From the NCBI GenBank assembly GCA_965369865.1, contig CBDURU010000006.1, positions 1 through 61,491 of the forward strand: a stretch of DNA of 61,491 bases, given 5' to 3'. Source of the stretch: an uncultured bacterium (lineage in GTDB: Bacteria > JAJVIF01 > JAPKYR01). Numbering within the stretch: position 1 is the stretch's first letter; each line of letters starts with the position of its first letter. Below, in pieces: positions 20,158-30,839 of this stretch. Below the pieces are notes generated by a model that was given only the letters and a program-made list of their open reading frames with translations, ran no database searches and was not told where the DNA came from. The translations under genes were made by a program, and so were the position numbers.

Positions 20158-20772
20158 ATGACCAGCACGATCGATAAAAGTGAAACACACCCTCCGATCT
20201 CCTTCCGGATACGCGAGGCGACTGTGGATGACGCTGCAAGGCTTGTTAATTACCTTCGTGGTATTCTCAAAGACCCGATGGCTTCTATTGCCGATCTCGA
20301 TGAAATGGCGCTTGACTCTTTCCGCGAACGTGAACATCTCAGAAAATTGGACATTAATGAGAACGGGCTTGGGATTATCGCCGTACCGGATTTAAATTAC
20401 CTTGATTCAGAGAAATTTCAGAACTCTGGAAATATTCGCGGGGAAATATTTGGTTTCCTGACTCTGGAACCGACCAGGCGAAGGAAAATCAAGCACGTCG
20501 TGGAGCTGGGTATGAGCGTACGGCAGGACCTGAGGGGTCGGGGTGTCGGAAAATTGCTCCTGGAATACGCGGAAACATGGGCGGCGAGAACTAAAAGGAT
20601 TGAGAAGATTGTCCTGAATGTGTTCTCAGATAACGAGGCTGCACTGAAACTTTATAAAAATGCCGGTTATGCGGTAGAAGGAATCCTCGTGGACCAGATA
20701 AAAATCCAGGGGAAGTACCAGGACTTGATTTTAATGGCGAAGAATTTCAGGAGATCAAAGCACCAGGGATAA
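20158..20772 (+). CDS. GNAT family N-acetyltransferase
   Basis: RGRGVG motif A and NEAALKLY..GY; extended -10 (tggtataat) at 20136-20144. Confidence 0.85.
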   Translation: MTSTIDKSETHPPISFRIREATVDDAARLVNYLRGILKDPMASIADLDEMALDSFREREHLRKLDINENGLGIIAVPDLNYLDSEKFQNSGNIRGEIFGFLTLEPTRRRKIKHVVELGMSVRQDLRGRGVGKLLLEYAETWAARTKRIEKIVLNVFSDNEAALKLYKNAGYAVEGILVDQIKIQGKYQDLILMAKNFRRSKHQG

Positions 20773-21299
20773 GCACCGGGTCAGGTCATTCTGGACAATA
20801 AAGCGAATCGGTTGGAACAGGCGATGGGTGGCGCCTACAAGCGTTCTGGAAGCTATTAATCGCTCAGGATAGAACGTTCAAACAACATTCTGTGATAACG
20901 TCTGGGAAATGCGATAAGCTTGTAGGTGTATCAACGTTGGTACAGAACCATTAGGGAGAAATTTGAAAATGGAATTTGTTGATCGTATCCGTAAGTAATG
21001 AAATAGATATTATAAATAATGTAAAAGTTACGTAAGCCTCAGAAAATCCTCTAATTTTCAATAAATAAAAATAAGAATTTCATATTAATAGCAGGATACT
21101 GCAAATTTTTCCCGTTGACAATAGGCTAATTGGCCGAATGAATTAGGGGGCATTTTGCAAGTTATTAATTATAATAATGAATTTTACATGACATAATTTA
21201 ATGAAAATTTGAATATCCCCCCTGTTAAAATATGAGATTGGTCGATTAAAACTACAATTTCATTACAATTATAACTCCCCAATCCCGCATTCTACCGTA

Positions 21300-21497
21300 T
21301 CGAACGTGCTTGTCGCCGTTTTTTTCTAATAACGAAACTAAACGCGTTGCGTCGACCAAACCGCGTGGCGGCGACACGCTGAGTGAGACATCGAAATCCC
21401 CCAAGTCTCGAAAATCTTCGGGTCGAACATGCTTGTCGCCGTGAATCAATATATTTAGGGGACATCTCTTTTCGCTCGTCGAAAAGCAGGTGTCCCC
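21300..21497. repeat. Hairpin repeat unit(s) plus a GGGGACA...TGTCCCC palindrome (21458-21497)
   Basis: Same families as at 8201 and 13314-13853. Confidence 0.85.
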
Positions 21498-21763
21498 GAT
21501 CTAAAAAAATCCTAAATCATTCCCCAATGTAAATATACGACGTATTTTGTTCTGATTAATTTTATTTAAAAAATTTTAATCGCATGAATTCTGCATGAAA
21601 ACAGGGATCTAAGAGAAAATAACAAAAATATTAAAAAATATTGAAAAATTAGTTCAAAAAACTGTAACAACTCGTGACATTAAATTAAGCCAGGGTGTAA
21701 GTGGATTTATATTATCCTTTTAATTCCATCCAAATCCGGCTTTAATACGGACTTCCAGCACCA

Positions 21764-22582
21764 ATGACCCGGGACAGGTCGGTGCCGGTCCGGAAACGCA
21801 GAGGTATGGTAATGAGTGGTTCATCTTCCTCCCCCAAAGGGAAAAAACATCAGCATTTTAACGCTGCGCGTGACTGGCTTGACCGTGCGGAGAGCCAGAT
21901 CGAGTCCGGCATGGATATCATGGCGGCCTCCACCTTAATGCTCGCCCAGGCCGAATTAAAAATTATCGTCGAGAGTATCGCTCTCAGCACGATTACAGAA
22001 TCGGCACAGCCAGGGCCCAGGCCGTCTGCGATACCACGGGTATCACGGGCGCTTCTCGCCGGGGCTGCTGTCGCAGCTTGCCTGGTTTTCGGCATGGTAA
22101 TTGGTCGAATGACCGCACCAATAGTCGATATGGCGCCTGTTCAACTTACCCAGGCCGGGACAATTATACCGGACAGCCCCCAAATTCCTGTTGCTGATGA
22201 AGAACCTGCCGGTTTAATTCCTGTTGCTGATGAAAGCATCCCCATCGTTGATGCATCCGATCATGAAGCGGTCGCTGGAATGGCATTTCCCGCACCGGAT
22301 GATGAGACCATCGATACCGGGATCGAACCATATGGACCACCACTACCGGTATCAAGCTCGCCGCCCCCGAGGGAGCCGTATTATTCCCCCGTCACCGAAT
22401 CCCAGCCGGTGGAAACCCCGTCCACAGTTGCATCCACCCTTCCCGCAACACCGGAGAAGCCTCAGGCAGCAGGCTCACACCCCGAGGAAACCCTTGCTCC
22501 GGAAACAGTTCTGAGTTCCGCAGAGGTTGCTCTCTGGACAATCCTTGCTCTTTCAGACCGTTTGAATGGGGTGATGAATTAA
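21764..22582 (+). CDS. Hypothetical membrane-anchored protein with a Pro-rich C-terminal region
   Basis: Single TM segment and a low-complexity P/E/S tail; it leads the outer-membrane cluster and the start is uncertain. Confidence 0.6.
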   Translation: MTRDRSVPVRKRRGMVMSGSSSSPKGKKHQHFNAARDWLDRAESQIESGMDIMAASTLMLAQAELKIIVESIALSTITESAQPGPRPSAIPRVSRALLAGAAVAACLVFGMVIGRMTAPIVDMAPVQLTQAGTIIPDSPQIPVADEEPAGLIPVADESIPIVDASDHEAVAGMAFPAPDDETIDTGIEPYGPPLPVSSSPPPREPYYSPVTESQPVETPSTVASTLPATPEKPQAAGSHPEETLAPETVLSSAEVALWTILALSDRLNGVMN

Positions 22583-22720
22583 AGGATGACATTCTATTTG
22601 GGTGGAATGAATCACGCGAAAAATGGTAATCTCCCTTTCAAATTTCATGTACCGAACCGGTTTAACCGGCTTCGGAATTTCGGCCTGTCTGAAAGGCTTA
22701 ATTTGATTGGGGTTGAAGGA

Positions 22721-24532
22721 ATGAAGAATCTATCATTGGCTATTTTAACATCAATTATTATTGTTGCTGGGATGATTTCGCTGGCGTTTCCGGCGTTTGC
22801 CCAGGATGAAGATCTTATGATCACCGCGATTGAAATCCGCGGTAACGAGCAGATCCCTGACCAGGAAATACTTATCGTCATGCAGGGTAGGGCAGGGGAT
22901 GTTTTCAGTCTGAACACTCTTTCCGCAGACCTTGCTGCGATCGAGAGTCTTGGCTGGTTCTTGGCTGAACCCGAACATATTCTCGAACCGTTTAACAACG
23001 GGGTCAAGGTTATTATTGTACTTATAGAGAATCCATTATTTATGGGTGTCTCCATCGAACAAACTGGTCCGGGTATTTATCCGCCTTCCGAACTTGCACT
23101 CCTGTTTGAATCGGAGCCGGGAAAAGTTATCAACAATAACGATATTGCCCGGGGGCTTCAGGCGATAGAGCGCAAGTATCGTGAAGGGGGTTATACTGCC
23201 GCGACGATATTCGATATCGATGTTGGTGATGACGGCATTGTCCTGGTCAGCATCAACGAGGGTGTTATCTCGGATATCGTCATCCAGGGGAATACGAAAA
23301 CGAGAACGCATGTGATCATGCGTGAGATAAATACACAGATCGGTGATGTTTTCAACGCCGTGACTTTCCGCAGGGACCTGGAGCGTATCTACAATCTCCA
23401 GTTGTTTGAGGATATCCAGCCGTCGTTCGAGCTTGATGAGAACCGTGAGGTTGTTCTCAATATCATGGTTATAGAAGCCCGGACTGGACAGATCGGTTTC
23501 GGTGGCGGGTATTCTTCAAATGATGGTTTCCTGGCCACCTTAAGCTATTCGGAATCCAATTTCCGTGGCCTTGGACAAAGAATCAGCGGCCTTGGACAGT
23601 TCGGTGGACCGAACCCGGATTTTAGTGTCAGTTTTTACAATCCCGTTATCGATAACTCGAGGACGAGTTTTTCCATCGAAGGTTTCATGCTCAGTGAAAG
23701 CGATCGCATCAGGGATGAGGATGATCCGCTCGGCGTTCAGAGATTCACCATCGAACGTGTCGGTGGTTCGACCGGGATCGTCAGGCCGATCAGCGAGTAC
23801 GTTTCACTGTCACTGAATTTACGATTCATCGACGGTACGGTCACTTGGCAGGACGAGGATGGCAACGATCTTCCCGAAGGTGAAGTTCCCGATATTGATA
23901 CCAATGAATGGATCAACCGGGGATTAATTGATGGCGCCACGAATTCACTTTCCGCGAAGCTCGCGTTTGACTCAAGGGACTTTACTCTGGACCCGTCGCA
24001 GGGACTCGTCGCTAGTTTCCAGCCGACCATGCTTGGGCATGTTCTGGGTGGGGATTACAATGCGTTCAAGTATGAATTTGAACTCAGGCATTACATACCG
24101 CTCTCATCCCAATCCAGGGATTTAAGCGAGTTATCGCCTACCCGTCACCGGCCTATCCATGTCCTGGCGGCTAGATTATTTTACGGGACCTCCACAGGCG
24201 ATCTTCCATTAATCGAAAGGTTCAAGGTGGGCGGCCAGTATTCAGTCAGGGGAACCAAGGAGACTGCACAGTCAGGTCCCGAGGCCGTCCTGTTTAACGC
24301 GGAATACAGGTTCCCCCTCGGCGGGAATCTCGGCGGCGCTATTTTCTTCGATACCGGTACCGCTGCCGAGCTTGGTAGCAATTTGTCGTTTGACAACATG
24401 GTGACAACCATTGGATTTGGTATCAGGTACAGAATTGCATTTTTCGGGATCGCGCCGATCAGGCTCGATTACGGTTACGATATTGATGAAAATGAAGGAC
24501 AGATTGTTTTCGGATTCGGTCAGTTATTCTGA
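22721..24532 (+). CDS. bamA: Omp85/BamA family outer membrane protein assembly factor
   Basis: Signal peptide, about 3 POTRA repeats (IEIRGN, IVIQGNTKT), NFRGLGQ, SVRG and C-terminal FGFGQLF. Confidence 0.88.
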   Translation: MKNLSLAILTSIIIVAGMISLAFPAFAQDEDLMITAIEIRGNEQIPDQEILIVMQGRAGDVFSLNTLSADLAAIESLGWFLAEPEHILEPFNNGVKVIIVLIENPLFMGVSIEQTGPGIYPPSELALLFESEPGKVINNNDIARGLQAIERKYREGGYTAATIFDIDVGDDGIVLVSINEGVISDIVIQGNTKTRTHVIMREINTQIGDVFNAVTFRRDLERIYNLQLFEDIQPSFELDENREVVLNIMVIEARTGQIGFGGGYSSNDGFLATLSYSESNFRGLGQRISGLGQFGGPNPDFSVSFYNPVIDNSRTSFSIEGFMLSESDRIRDEDDPLGVQRFTIERVGGSTGIVRPISEYVSLSLNLRFIDGTVTWQDEDGNDLPEGEVPDIDTNEWINRGLIDGATNSLSAKLAFDSRDFTLDPSQGLVASFQPTMLGHVLGGDYNAFKYEFELRHYIPLSSQSRDLSELSPTRHRPIHVLAARLFYGTSTGDLPLIERFKVGGQYSVRGTKETAQSGPEAVLFNAEYRFPLGGNLGGAIFFDTGTAAELGSNLSFDNMVTTIGFGIRYRIAFFGIAPIRLDYGYDIDENEGQIVFGFGQLF

Positions 24533-24589
24533 TCGTAATCCGGTCAAATAACGAGTTTGAACTAAAGCACTGGCATTTCAGGTGCTGAC

Positions 24590-26002
24590 ATGAGAATCGC
24601 ACAAATAAGGATGAGAATTCGGAATGGGTGGAGTGATTCATCCATATCCCTGTCCGCTTTACATTTCAAGGTAACAGCACTCCTGGTCTTGTCCCTGCTT
24701 ACCTTTGTGTGCTTTCCACTTTCATTAAATGCCGAAGAGACTGTACGCGTGAGAATTACATTAACCCCCCCCGCTCCGGCACCCCTCCTTGATGAACTCA
24801 ATGATATTTTTACCGACACCCTGACACGGGTTTTTACCGAAGATAAAGTGAATGGCGCATTATCCACTCTCGATCCCGCTGTTATTGCCGATGGTATCAA
24901 AACCGGGCTGAATGTCCTGTTACAGCCAAAAGGGTATTGGGTCGGCAGTCTGACACTCGATTTCGATTCCACCCCGGTTTTCGCCGACATTACAATTTAT
25001 CCCGTTGGATGGACAGAACAAGATCCACAGGTAACCGATTCTGTGGTATTACAACTCGATGATACCGGGCTGGACCCGTTCTGGCTTGACAGAATGAATG
25101 CCAGCCTCACTGAGAACGAAACCCGGCTGAAAAATTATTACAATATTTACCTTCTCAACCTTCCATTGAATGCGATAGATCGCGACTGGTTGCTCGGCCT
25201 CGTCTTACCGGACCTTGTCCAAACCGATCCTGCTACGGATATCTTCATTGGCTTCTCCGTCTCGCACACTATCGACATTTCAAATCCTGAAGTGACGCTT
25301 ACGCTCCACCTTGAACCGGATACCCGGGTTATTGAGCTGATCCGTACGAGGATGTATTCCCACACGCTTTACAATATGATCCTCGATCGTTTCAGGGAGC
25401 TTGTATTTGCCGAAGCCGGAATGATCCGCGGTATGCCGATATCACTGGTCGAGGACTCTTTGGACGAGCTTGCTGAGCACCTGGTAACTGCAATTGAAAA
25501 CCATGAACTGGCTGATATTTTCAACGCCTATACTTCCGTCGTATTAGAGGTGTTACCGGACGCGCCGGTGCTGAGGATCGACGTAATTGTTGAAAGCAGG
25601 TTATATGATCTCCAGCTCGAAACGTTCGTGGATTTTGGTAACGAATATCATGACTCGGCTGAAATCCAGGCCCGTTTCGGACTCCTGGCCGCCCGCGGAA
25701 TTGAGGCTCTGGTTAATCTTAACTTCTTTACGAATGATTTAACCCTTGAAACCGATGTGGCTCTGGGTTTAAGGCCGGCAAGGGGTACGTTCGTCGCGAT
25801 AGGTTACGATCTCGAACGTGAATCCCCGAAATATTTTTTCGAACAGGAGTTCACCACAGGACTGATGCTCAGGGGGGAAATTTTCGAACACGATACCCTG
25901 AACGAATTCGGGGTCTGTTACCAGTTTCAGCAATACCTGTCCGTTGGAATGTTTTCAAACGGCGACAATGAATACTGGGTCCGGGCAATTTTTAAATTAT
26001 AA
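24590..26002 (+). CDS. Hypothetical exported protein in the outer-membrane biogenesis cluster
   Basis: Signal-like segment and C-terminal amphipathic beta-strands. Confidence 0.6.
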   Translation: MRIAQIRMRIRNGWSDSSISLSALHFKVTALLVLSLLTFVCFPLSLNAEETVRVRITLTPPAPAPLLDELNDIFTDTLTRVFTEDKVNGALSTLDPAVIADGIKTGLNVLLQPKGYWVGSLTLDFDSTPVFADITIYPVGWTEQDPQVTDSVVLQLDDTGLDPFWLDRMNASLTENETRLKNYYNIYLLNLPLNAIDRDWLLGLVLPDLVQTDPATDIFIGFSVSHTIDISNPEVTLTLHLEPDTRVIELIRTRMYSHTLYNMILDRFRELVFAEAGMIRGMPISLVEDSLDELAEHLVTAIENHELADIFNAYTSVVLEVLPDAPVLRIDVIVESRLYDLQLETFVDFGNEYHDSAEIQARFGLLAARGIEALVNLNFFTNDLTLETDVALGLRPARGTFVAIGYDLERESPKYFFEQEFTTGLMLRGEIFEHDTLNEFGVCYQFQQYLSVGMFSNGDNEYWVRAIFKL

Positions 26003-26025
26003 AACACCCTTGGACCCGGAAAGGT

Positions 26026-26508
26026 TTGATTATGAAAATGAAATTTGAATTCAGATCGTTTATGCCATTTCTCCTGGTGGCAACCCTTGTGGCGCTCGGT
26101 GTTATGGCGGGTATGGTGATCGCACCGGTAAAAGCCCAATCGACTTATGCATCAATCGGATTTGTTGATGTCCAGGAAGCCCTCGCGTCGCATCCTGATT
26201 TACAAAACGTTCTTACCCAGATACAGGCGTTCGAGAATGCTCGAATGGATGAACTGGCGAGTTACCAGGAACTGGACTCCCTGACAGAGGCCGAACGTCA
26301 GCAGTTGATGGAGGACCTGTACAGGGTCAGGGATGAGGTCGACCAGGAACGACAGCGGCTTACTGAACCTTTGATCCAGGATGTTATCGATGCCACTACC
26401 GCAATCGGTGAGGAATCGGGTATCGAGGTAATACTCGAAGCCGGCTCTGTTATGTGGGGCGGGTTGAATCTCACTCCGCTCATCATCAACCATATCCATG
26501 GCAGCTAG
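26026..26508 (+). CDS. ompH: OmpH/Skp family periplasmic chaperone
   Basis: Signal peptide, IGFVDVQ, a helical body and GG.NLTP.I, downstream of bamA. Confidence 0.8.
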   Translation: MIMKMKFEFRSFMPFLLVATLVALGVMAGMVIAPVKAQSTYASIGFVDVQEALASHPDLQNVLTQIQAFENARMDELASYQELDSLTEAERQQLMEDLYRVRDEVDQERQRLTEPLIQDVIDATTAIGEESGIEVILEAGSVMWGGLNLTPLIINHIHGS

Positions 26509-26514
26509 ATCGTT

Positions 26515-27462
26515 ATGGACCTTAACAGGAAAATACCAGCCTTCATCCTCTACGCGATTTTAACCGCGGTAGTCTGGGCTGCGTGGCTGGTTTTCAGCAA
26601 CCTGAATCCCGAAACTCCGCCTCCCGATGACCATGAACTCCTGGAATTCAGCTCCACACTTCTGGCTGACACCGGCGTTATGATCGACAATCGTGAATTG
26701 GCACTCCTTGAGCTTGAGTCGGTTCCCGGCATGCCCGATCCAGTCGGTTTCCCCGGAAAAATCCTGGATACCGGGACATCACTGATTTTTGAAAGGGCAA
26801 GGTCCGCTGCCAGGGAAGCTTTGATCGGGGAGATTGCCAGTACTGAGTACCCGTCGATTGCCGAAGGTTTCCCGGCTTGGGAAGCACTGGACAACACACT
26901 CGATGAAGCCGATCAAATTTATTTTGACTGGCTGGCCGAACGATCCGGAAACGCAATGTCAATTTGTATGAATTCACTTGAAAGCCAGTCCGGGAGTTCG
27001 ATCCTGAAGACCGGATACTTAAGGCTTATCGAATCGTTAAACAGGGATCTCATCAAGTATCGACAGAAGGAGAGCCTTGCGGTTCACGACGAAAAAACAA
27101 CACTTTATCAAACTGAATTAGATGCTATTAACGGTAATTGTGACGAGGCGCGGGCTATTGTCCGGAGCCTGTTATCTGAATCCAACGCTGATGTGGATTC
27201 GCGCTACGATGCCCTTGTAGAAAACCTTTATAACCGGTTCATCGATATGTGGACCGGGAGTGAAATCGGTTTTTGGGAACCTTCAGGGGATTCGAAAGTG
27301 CTTGATGATATCCGTTCGAGGCTGAACCGATTTTTACCCGTCAGCCTGCTAACCGGACTGGAAATCGAGCCGTCGAATTTCCCCGGATCCGATCGGTTGA
27401 CCTGGCTCCAGGGCGAAAGAATCCTGTTGCAGGAGTTCGTTGAACTTGTACGAGAGAATTGA
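26515..27462 (+). CDS. Hypothetical membrane-anchored helical protein
   Basis: N-terminal TM helix; ORF co-oriented in the operon. Confidence 0.55.
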   Translation: MDLNRKIPAFILYAILTAVVWAAWLVFSNLNPETPPPDDHELLEFSSTLLADTGVMIDNRELALLELESVPGMPDPVGFPGKILDTGTSLIFERARSAAREALIGEIASTEYPSIAEGFPAWEALDNTLDEADQIYFDWLAERSGNAMSICMNSLESQSGSSILKTGYLRLIESLNRDLIKYRQKESLAVHDEKTTLYQTELDAINGNCDEARAIVRSLLSESNADVDSRYDALVENLYNRFIDMWTGSEIGFWEPSGDSKVLDDIRSRLNRFLPVSLLTGLEIEPSNFPGSDRLTWLQGERILLQEFVELVREN

Positions 27463-27503
27463 GATTTATTGTGCCGCGCATGGTTCGTGAATTATAAAAA
27501 ATA

Positions 27504-27558
27504 TGTAGGAACGCTGCTTGCTGCGTCCCTGATTGGCAAAGCAAGCACCGTCCCTACA
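27504..27558. repeat. GTAG-type REP-like palindrome (copy 2)
   Basis: Matches 2621-2675. Confidence 0.8.
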
Positions 27559-27594
27559 AGGAAATTCTGAATCAACGCGCAGGTTAGTAATATC

Positions 27595-28632
27595 ATGGTT
27601 ACCAGTAAAAATAAAATGATTTTAGCTGAACTGGCGAATCTCCTTGGCGGTACGGTCGAGGGCGACAGCGAAACCATGGTCAACGGTGTCTGTTCGCTTG
27701 ATAATCCGGTCGGTGGTTATATCGCGTTTGCTGAAAAACCTGAAAAAATTAATTGGAATACGGGCATCGAACGTCCTGCCGCGCTGATTGTCGGTGAACA
27801 GGTGGATATCGAGGGCCTGCCGCTGTTAATTCATAACAACCCGCGCCTGGCTTTCACGTATGCGTTGAGGCATTTCTACTCGGACGATGAATTCAGCGGT
27901 TCGATCCACCCGGGCGCGATTATTTCCCCCGATGCCAGGGTTGATGAATCCGCTTGGATCGGGCCATTTGTCGTTGTGGATTCGAAAGCTGAGATCGGTT
28001 TCGGCGTCCGGATCGGTGCCGGGTGTTACATCGGAGAGAGGAGCGTGATCGGTGAAAAAACCATTCTCCATCCGAATGTCACGATTCTCCGGGATGTAAC
28101 GGTCGGCAGGAGATGTATTTTCCAGTCGGGTGCCGTTATCGGAAGTGACGGTTTTGGATACACCCCGACTCCTGAAGGAAATATCAAAGTGCCCCAGGTT
28201 GGGGGTATTCGCATCGGCGATGATGTGGAAATTGGCGCGAACGCGACAATCGACCGTGCGACGCTTGATATGACAGTCATTACGAACGACGTGAAGATAG
28301 ATAACCTCGTCCAGATCGCGCATAACGTCAGCATCGGGGAACACACCCGTATAGCAGCCCAGGTGGGGATCCCGGGGCGTGTAACGGTTAAAAATGATGT
28401 TGTCATCGGCGGTCAGGCCGGATTTCAAAACGGAATTGTCGTCGGTGAGGGATCGAGAATCGCCGGCCGGTCGGGAGTCACGAAATCGGTTCCCGATCAC
28501 TGCATGGTTTCAGGTTATCCGGCGGACGACCACAAAAAAGCCCTCCAGCTTCTCGCGCTTCAGAAACGTCTGCCTGACATAATGAAACGATTGAAAAAAA
28601 TTGAGAAGCAATTAGAATCTGAAAGTGATTGA
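27595..28632 (+). CDS. lpxD: UDP-3-O-acylglucosamine N-acyltransferase
   Basis: Hexapeptide repeats, IGSDGFGY, TIDRAT and KIDNLVQIAHNV. Confidence 0.95.
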   Translation: MVTSKNKMILAELANLLGGTVEGDSETMVNGVCSLDNPVGGYIAFAEKPEKINWNTGIERPAALIVGEQVDIEGLPLLIHNNPRLAFTYALRHFYSDDEFSGSIHPGAIISPDARVDESAWIGPFVVVDSKAEIGFGVRIGAGCYIGERSVIGEKTILHPNVTILRDVTVGRRCIFQSGAVIGSDGFGYTPTPEGNIKVPQVGGIRIGDDVEIGANATIDRATLDMTVITNDVKIDNLVQIAHNVSIGEHTRIAAQVGIPGRVTVKNDVVIGGQAGFQNGIVVGEGSRIAGRSGVTKSVPDHCMVSGYPADDHKKALQLLALQKRLPDIMKRLKKIEKQLESESD

Positions 28633-28635
28633 AGT

Positions 28636-29505
28636 ATGAGCATTCATCCAAAAAGCGTGATAGACCCTGGCGCAGTTATTTGCGAGGGCGTAAACATCGG
28701 ACCCGGAGCGGTAATAGGACCGGGAACGAAGTTAAACGCCGGTGTTGAAATCGGGCCGAACGTGATAATAGGCCCGAATACCACTCTGGGAGAGGGCGTG
28801 CGTATTTATCCGGGGGCAATTATCGGAACCGATCCACAGGACATAAAATACGATGGAACCGATACTTATTGTGAAATCGGTCCGGGATCGGTGATCCGCG
28901 AATTCGTGACTATCAATCGCGGGACAACCGCAACCGGATCGACAATTGTGGGAGCTGGTGTATACATTATGGCCTACGCCCATGTGGCGCATGATTGCCG
29001 CATTGGCGACCGGGTTGTCATGGCAAATTCTGTCGCCATGGGTGGCCATTGTGAAATTGGTGAAGGTGCTACGCTTGGCGGACTGGCTGCTATGCACCAG
29101 TTTGTACGGGTTGGAAAGCTGGCGATGGTATCCGGAACAGCAGGCCTCAGGAAGGATGCACCGCCGTTTATGGTTATGTCCGGCTACGTCCCCGCAACCG
29201 TCCATGGCGTTAATGCCATTGGTTTGAAGCGGAATGGTATATCCCGGAAATCAAGGGCTGTAATAAAGGAGGCGTACAGGCTTTTGTACAGGTCCGGTCT
29301 TTCGATTAAGGGTGGACTTGAAAGGATCGAAAGCGATCTTGAGCGCACCGATGAGATCGAATACCTTATCGAATTTTTGAAAACCAGCAAACGGGGGATT
29401 TCGAGGGGTGTGAGGGGTAAGAGTGAATTCGATCATGACGGCGATTCGGACGAGATTCCGGACGCGATCCAGCAATCTGAAATTGGTACATGGAATTCAT
29501 TTTAA
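28636..29505 (+). CDS. lpxA: Acyl-ACP--UDP-N-acetylglucosamine O-acyltransferase
   Basis: PQDIKY, IREFVTINRGT, AHVAHDC and HQFVRVG. Confidence 0.95.
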   Translation: MSIHPKSVIDPGAVICEGVNIGPGAVIGPGTKLNAGVEIGPNVIIGPNTTLGEGVRIYPGAIIGTDPQDIKYDGTDTYCEIGPGSVIREFVTINRGTTATGSTIVGAGVYIMAYAHVAHDCRIGDRVVMANSVAMGGHCEIGEGATLGGLAAMHQFVRVGKLAMVSGTAGLRKDAPPFMVMSGYVPATVHGVNAIGLKRNGISRKSRAVIKEAYRLLYRSGLSIKGGLERIESDLERTDEIEYLIEFLKTSKRGISRGVRGKSEFDHDGDSDEIPDAIQQSEIGTWNSF

Positions 29506-29590
29506 AGAGGGTAAAGTTTTATAAACTGAAAACACGGAGCCGCTGAAAAATAATAAGTGAAAAGGATTACTGGGCGGCTCGAAGGAAATT

Positions 29591-30583
29591 ATGATGAGAG
29601 TAGGCGTAATCGGCGTTGGTGTTATGGGTAGAAACCACGCCAGGATACTCAGCGAACTCGATAGTGTCGAGCTTGTCGGGGTCTGCGACACCAATTCTAA
29701 AACCGCTGATGAAATAGCCTCGCTGTACAACACCATTCCGTTTTACAATCCTGAGGAACTCATTGACAGGAAACCGGATGCCTTACATGTAGTCGTCCCG
29801 ACTTATATCCATCATGAAATCGCGAAACTCGCGATCGACCGCGGAATCCACGTTCTGATCGAGAAACCCATCGCCGATACTGTCGAACATTCCCAGGATA
29901 TTTTCCAAATCGCCGCGACGGCGGGAGTCACCCTGATGGTCGGACATATCGAGCGTTTCAATCCCGCGATTCACAAGTTGAAAGACCTCATCGCGGACGG
30001 GAACCTTGGCAATATGATTTCTGTCAGCACCCTGAGGGTAGCGCCGTATCCAAAACGTATCGTGGATACTGGGATTATTATCGACCTCGGCTGCCACGAT
30101 ATCGATATCATGAGCTATCTTGCCGATTCCCTTGTCAGGGAGGTTTTCTGTACCGCTTCATCGACTATTCATCACCTCGAAGATACTGCGAGTATTTCGC
30201 TTACTTTTGAAAACGGTGCCACAGGCCACATCGAGACTTCATGGCTCTCGAAAATTAAGGCACGGAAACTTTTCGCGACCTTTGAAGCTGGCTTCGTGCT
30301 CGTTGATTTTATCAACCAGAGCCTCATTCTTTATGATGACGATAGTGCGAGAGAAATTGAAATCGTTAAAGCCGAACCCTTGAGAGAGGAAATTGCCGAA
30401 TTCCTCAGATGTGTGAAATCCGGCGATGAGCCGCATATCGGTGGTGAGGCGAGTATTCACGCTGTGGGTATCGCCCTTGCAGCGGTAACCTCCAGCCAGA
30501 TGCACCTGCCGCTTCTCATTCATGGCAAGGGTGCGATGGACTTCACACCTGAGCCTGTTCAGAACGGCAAAAGTTTTAACTGA
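29591..30583 (+). CDS. Gfo/Idh/MocA oxidoreductase, GnnA-like (UDP-GlcNAc 3-dehydrogenase candidate)
   Basis: GVGVMG, EKP, GHIERFNPA and DLGCHDID; located between lpxA and lpxB. Confidence 0.8.
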   Translation: MMRVGVIGVGVMGRNHARILSELDSVELVGVCDTNSKTADEIASLYNTIPFYNPEELIDRKPDALHVVVPTYIHHEIAKLAIDRGIHVLIEKPIADTVEHSQDIFQIAATAGVTLMVGHIERFNPAIHKLKDLIADGNLGNMISVSTLRVAPYPKRIVDTGIIIDLGCHDIDIMSYLADSLVREVFCTASSTIHHLEDTASISLTFENGATGHIETSWLSKIKARKLFATFEAGFVLVDFINQSLILYDDDSAREIEIVKAEPLREEIAEFLRCVKSGDEPHIGGEASIHAVGIALAAVTSSQMHLPLLIHGKGAMDFTPEPVQNGKSFN

Positions 30584-30651
30584 TTCAGTTATCTTTTTAT
30601 CAGGTTTTGAACTTTGAAAACATACCCAGGTCGATGGCCTGGGTTACCGAT

Positions 30652-30830
30652 AAGGGGACATGCCATTTTTCTCCAGTGATAAACCTGACTTTACCATTGA
30701 ATATCAAGGAAAAAATGCCGTGTCCCCGAAGTTCGATAAAAAATTACTTTCAAGGGGACATGCCATTTTTCTCCAGTGATAAACCTGACTTTACCATTGA
30801 ATATCAAGGAAAAAATGCCGTGTCCCCGAA
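30652..30830. repeat. Two identical 79-bp GGGGACA...TGTCCCC palindromic elements (period 100)
   Basis: 30652-30730 equals 30752-30830; terminal inverted repeats ggggacatgccattttt / aaaaatgccgtgtcccc. Confidence 0.9.
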
Positions 30831-30839
30831 TATGGCTCG

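Noticed and set aside
27826..28500. 224-aa minus-strand ORF (likewise 5164-5850, 865-1632 and 46490-47083)
   Set aside because: These are antisense to well-supported genes such as lpxD, the methyltransferase, the ABC transporter and the capsid.
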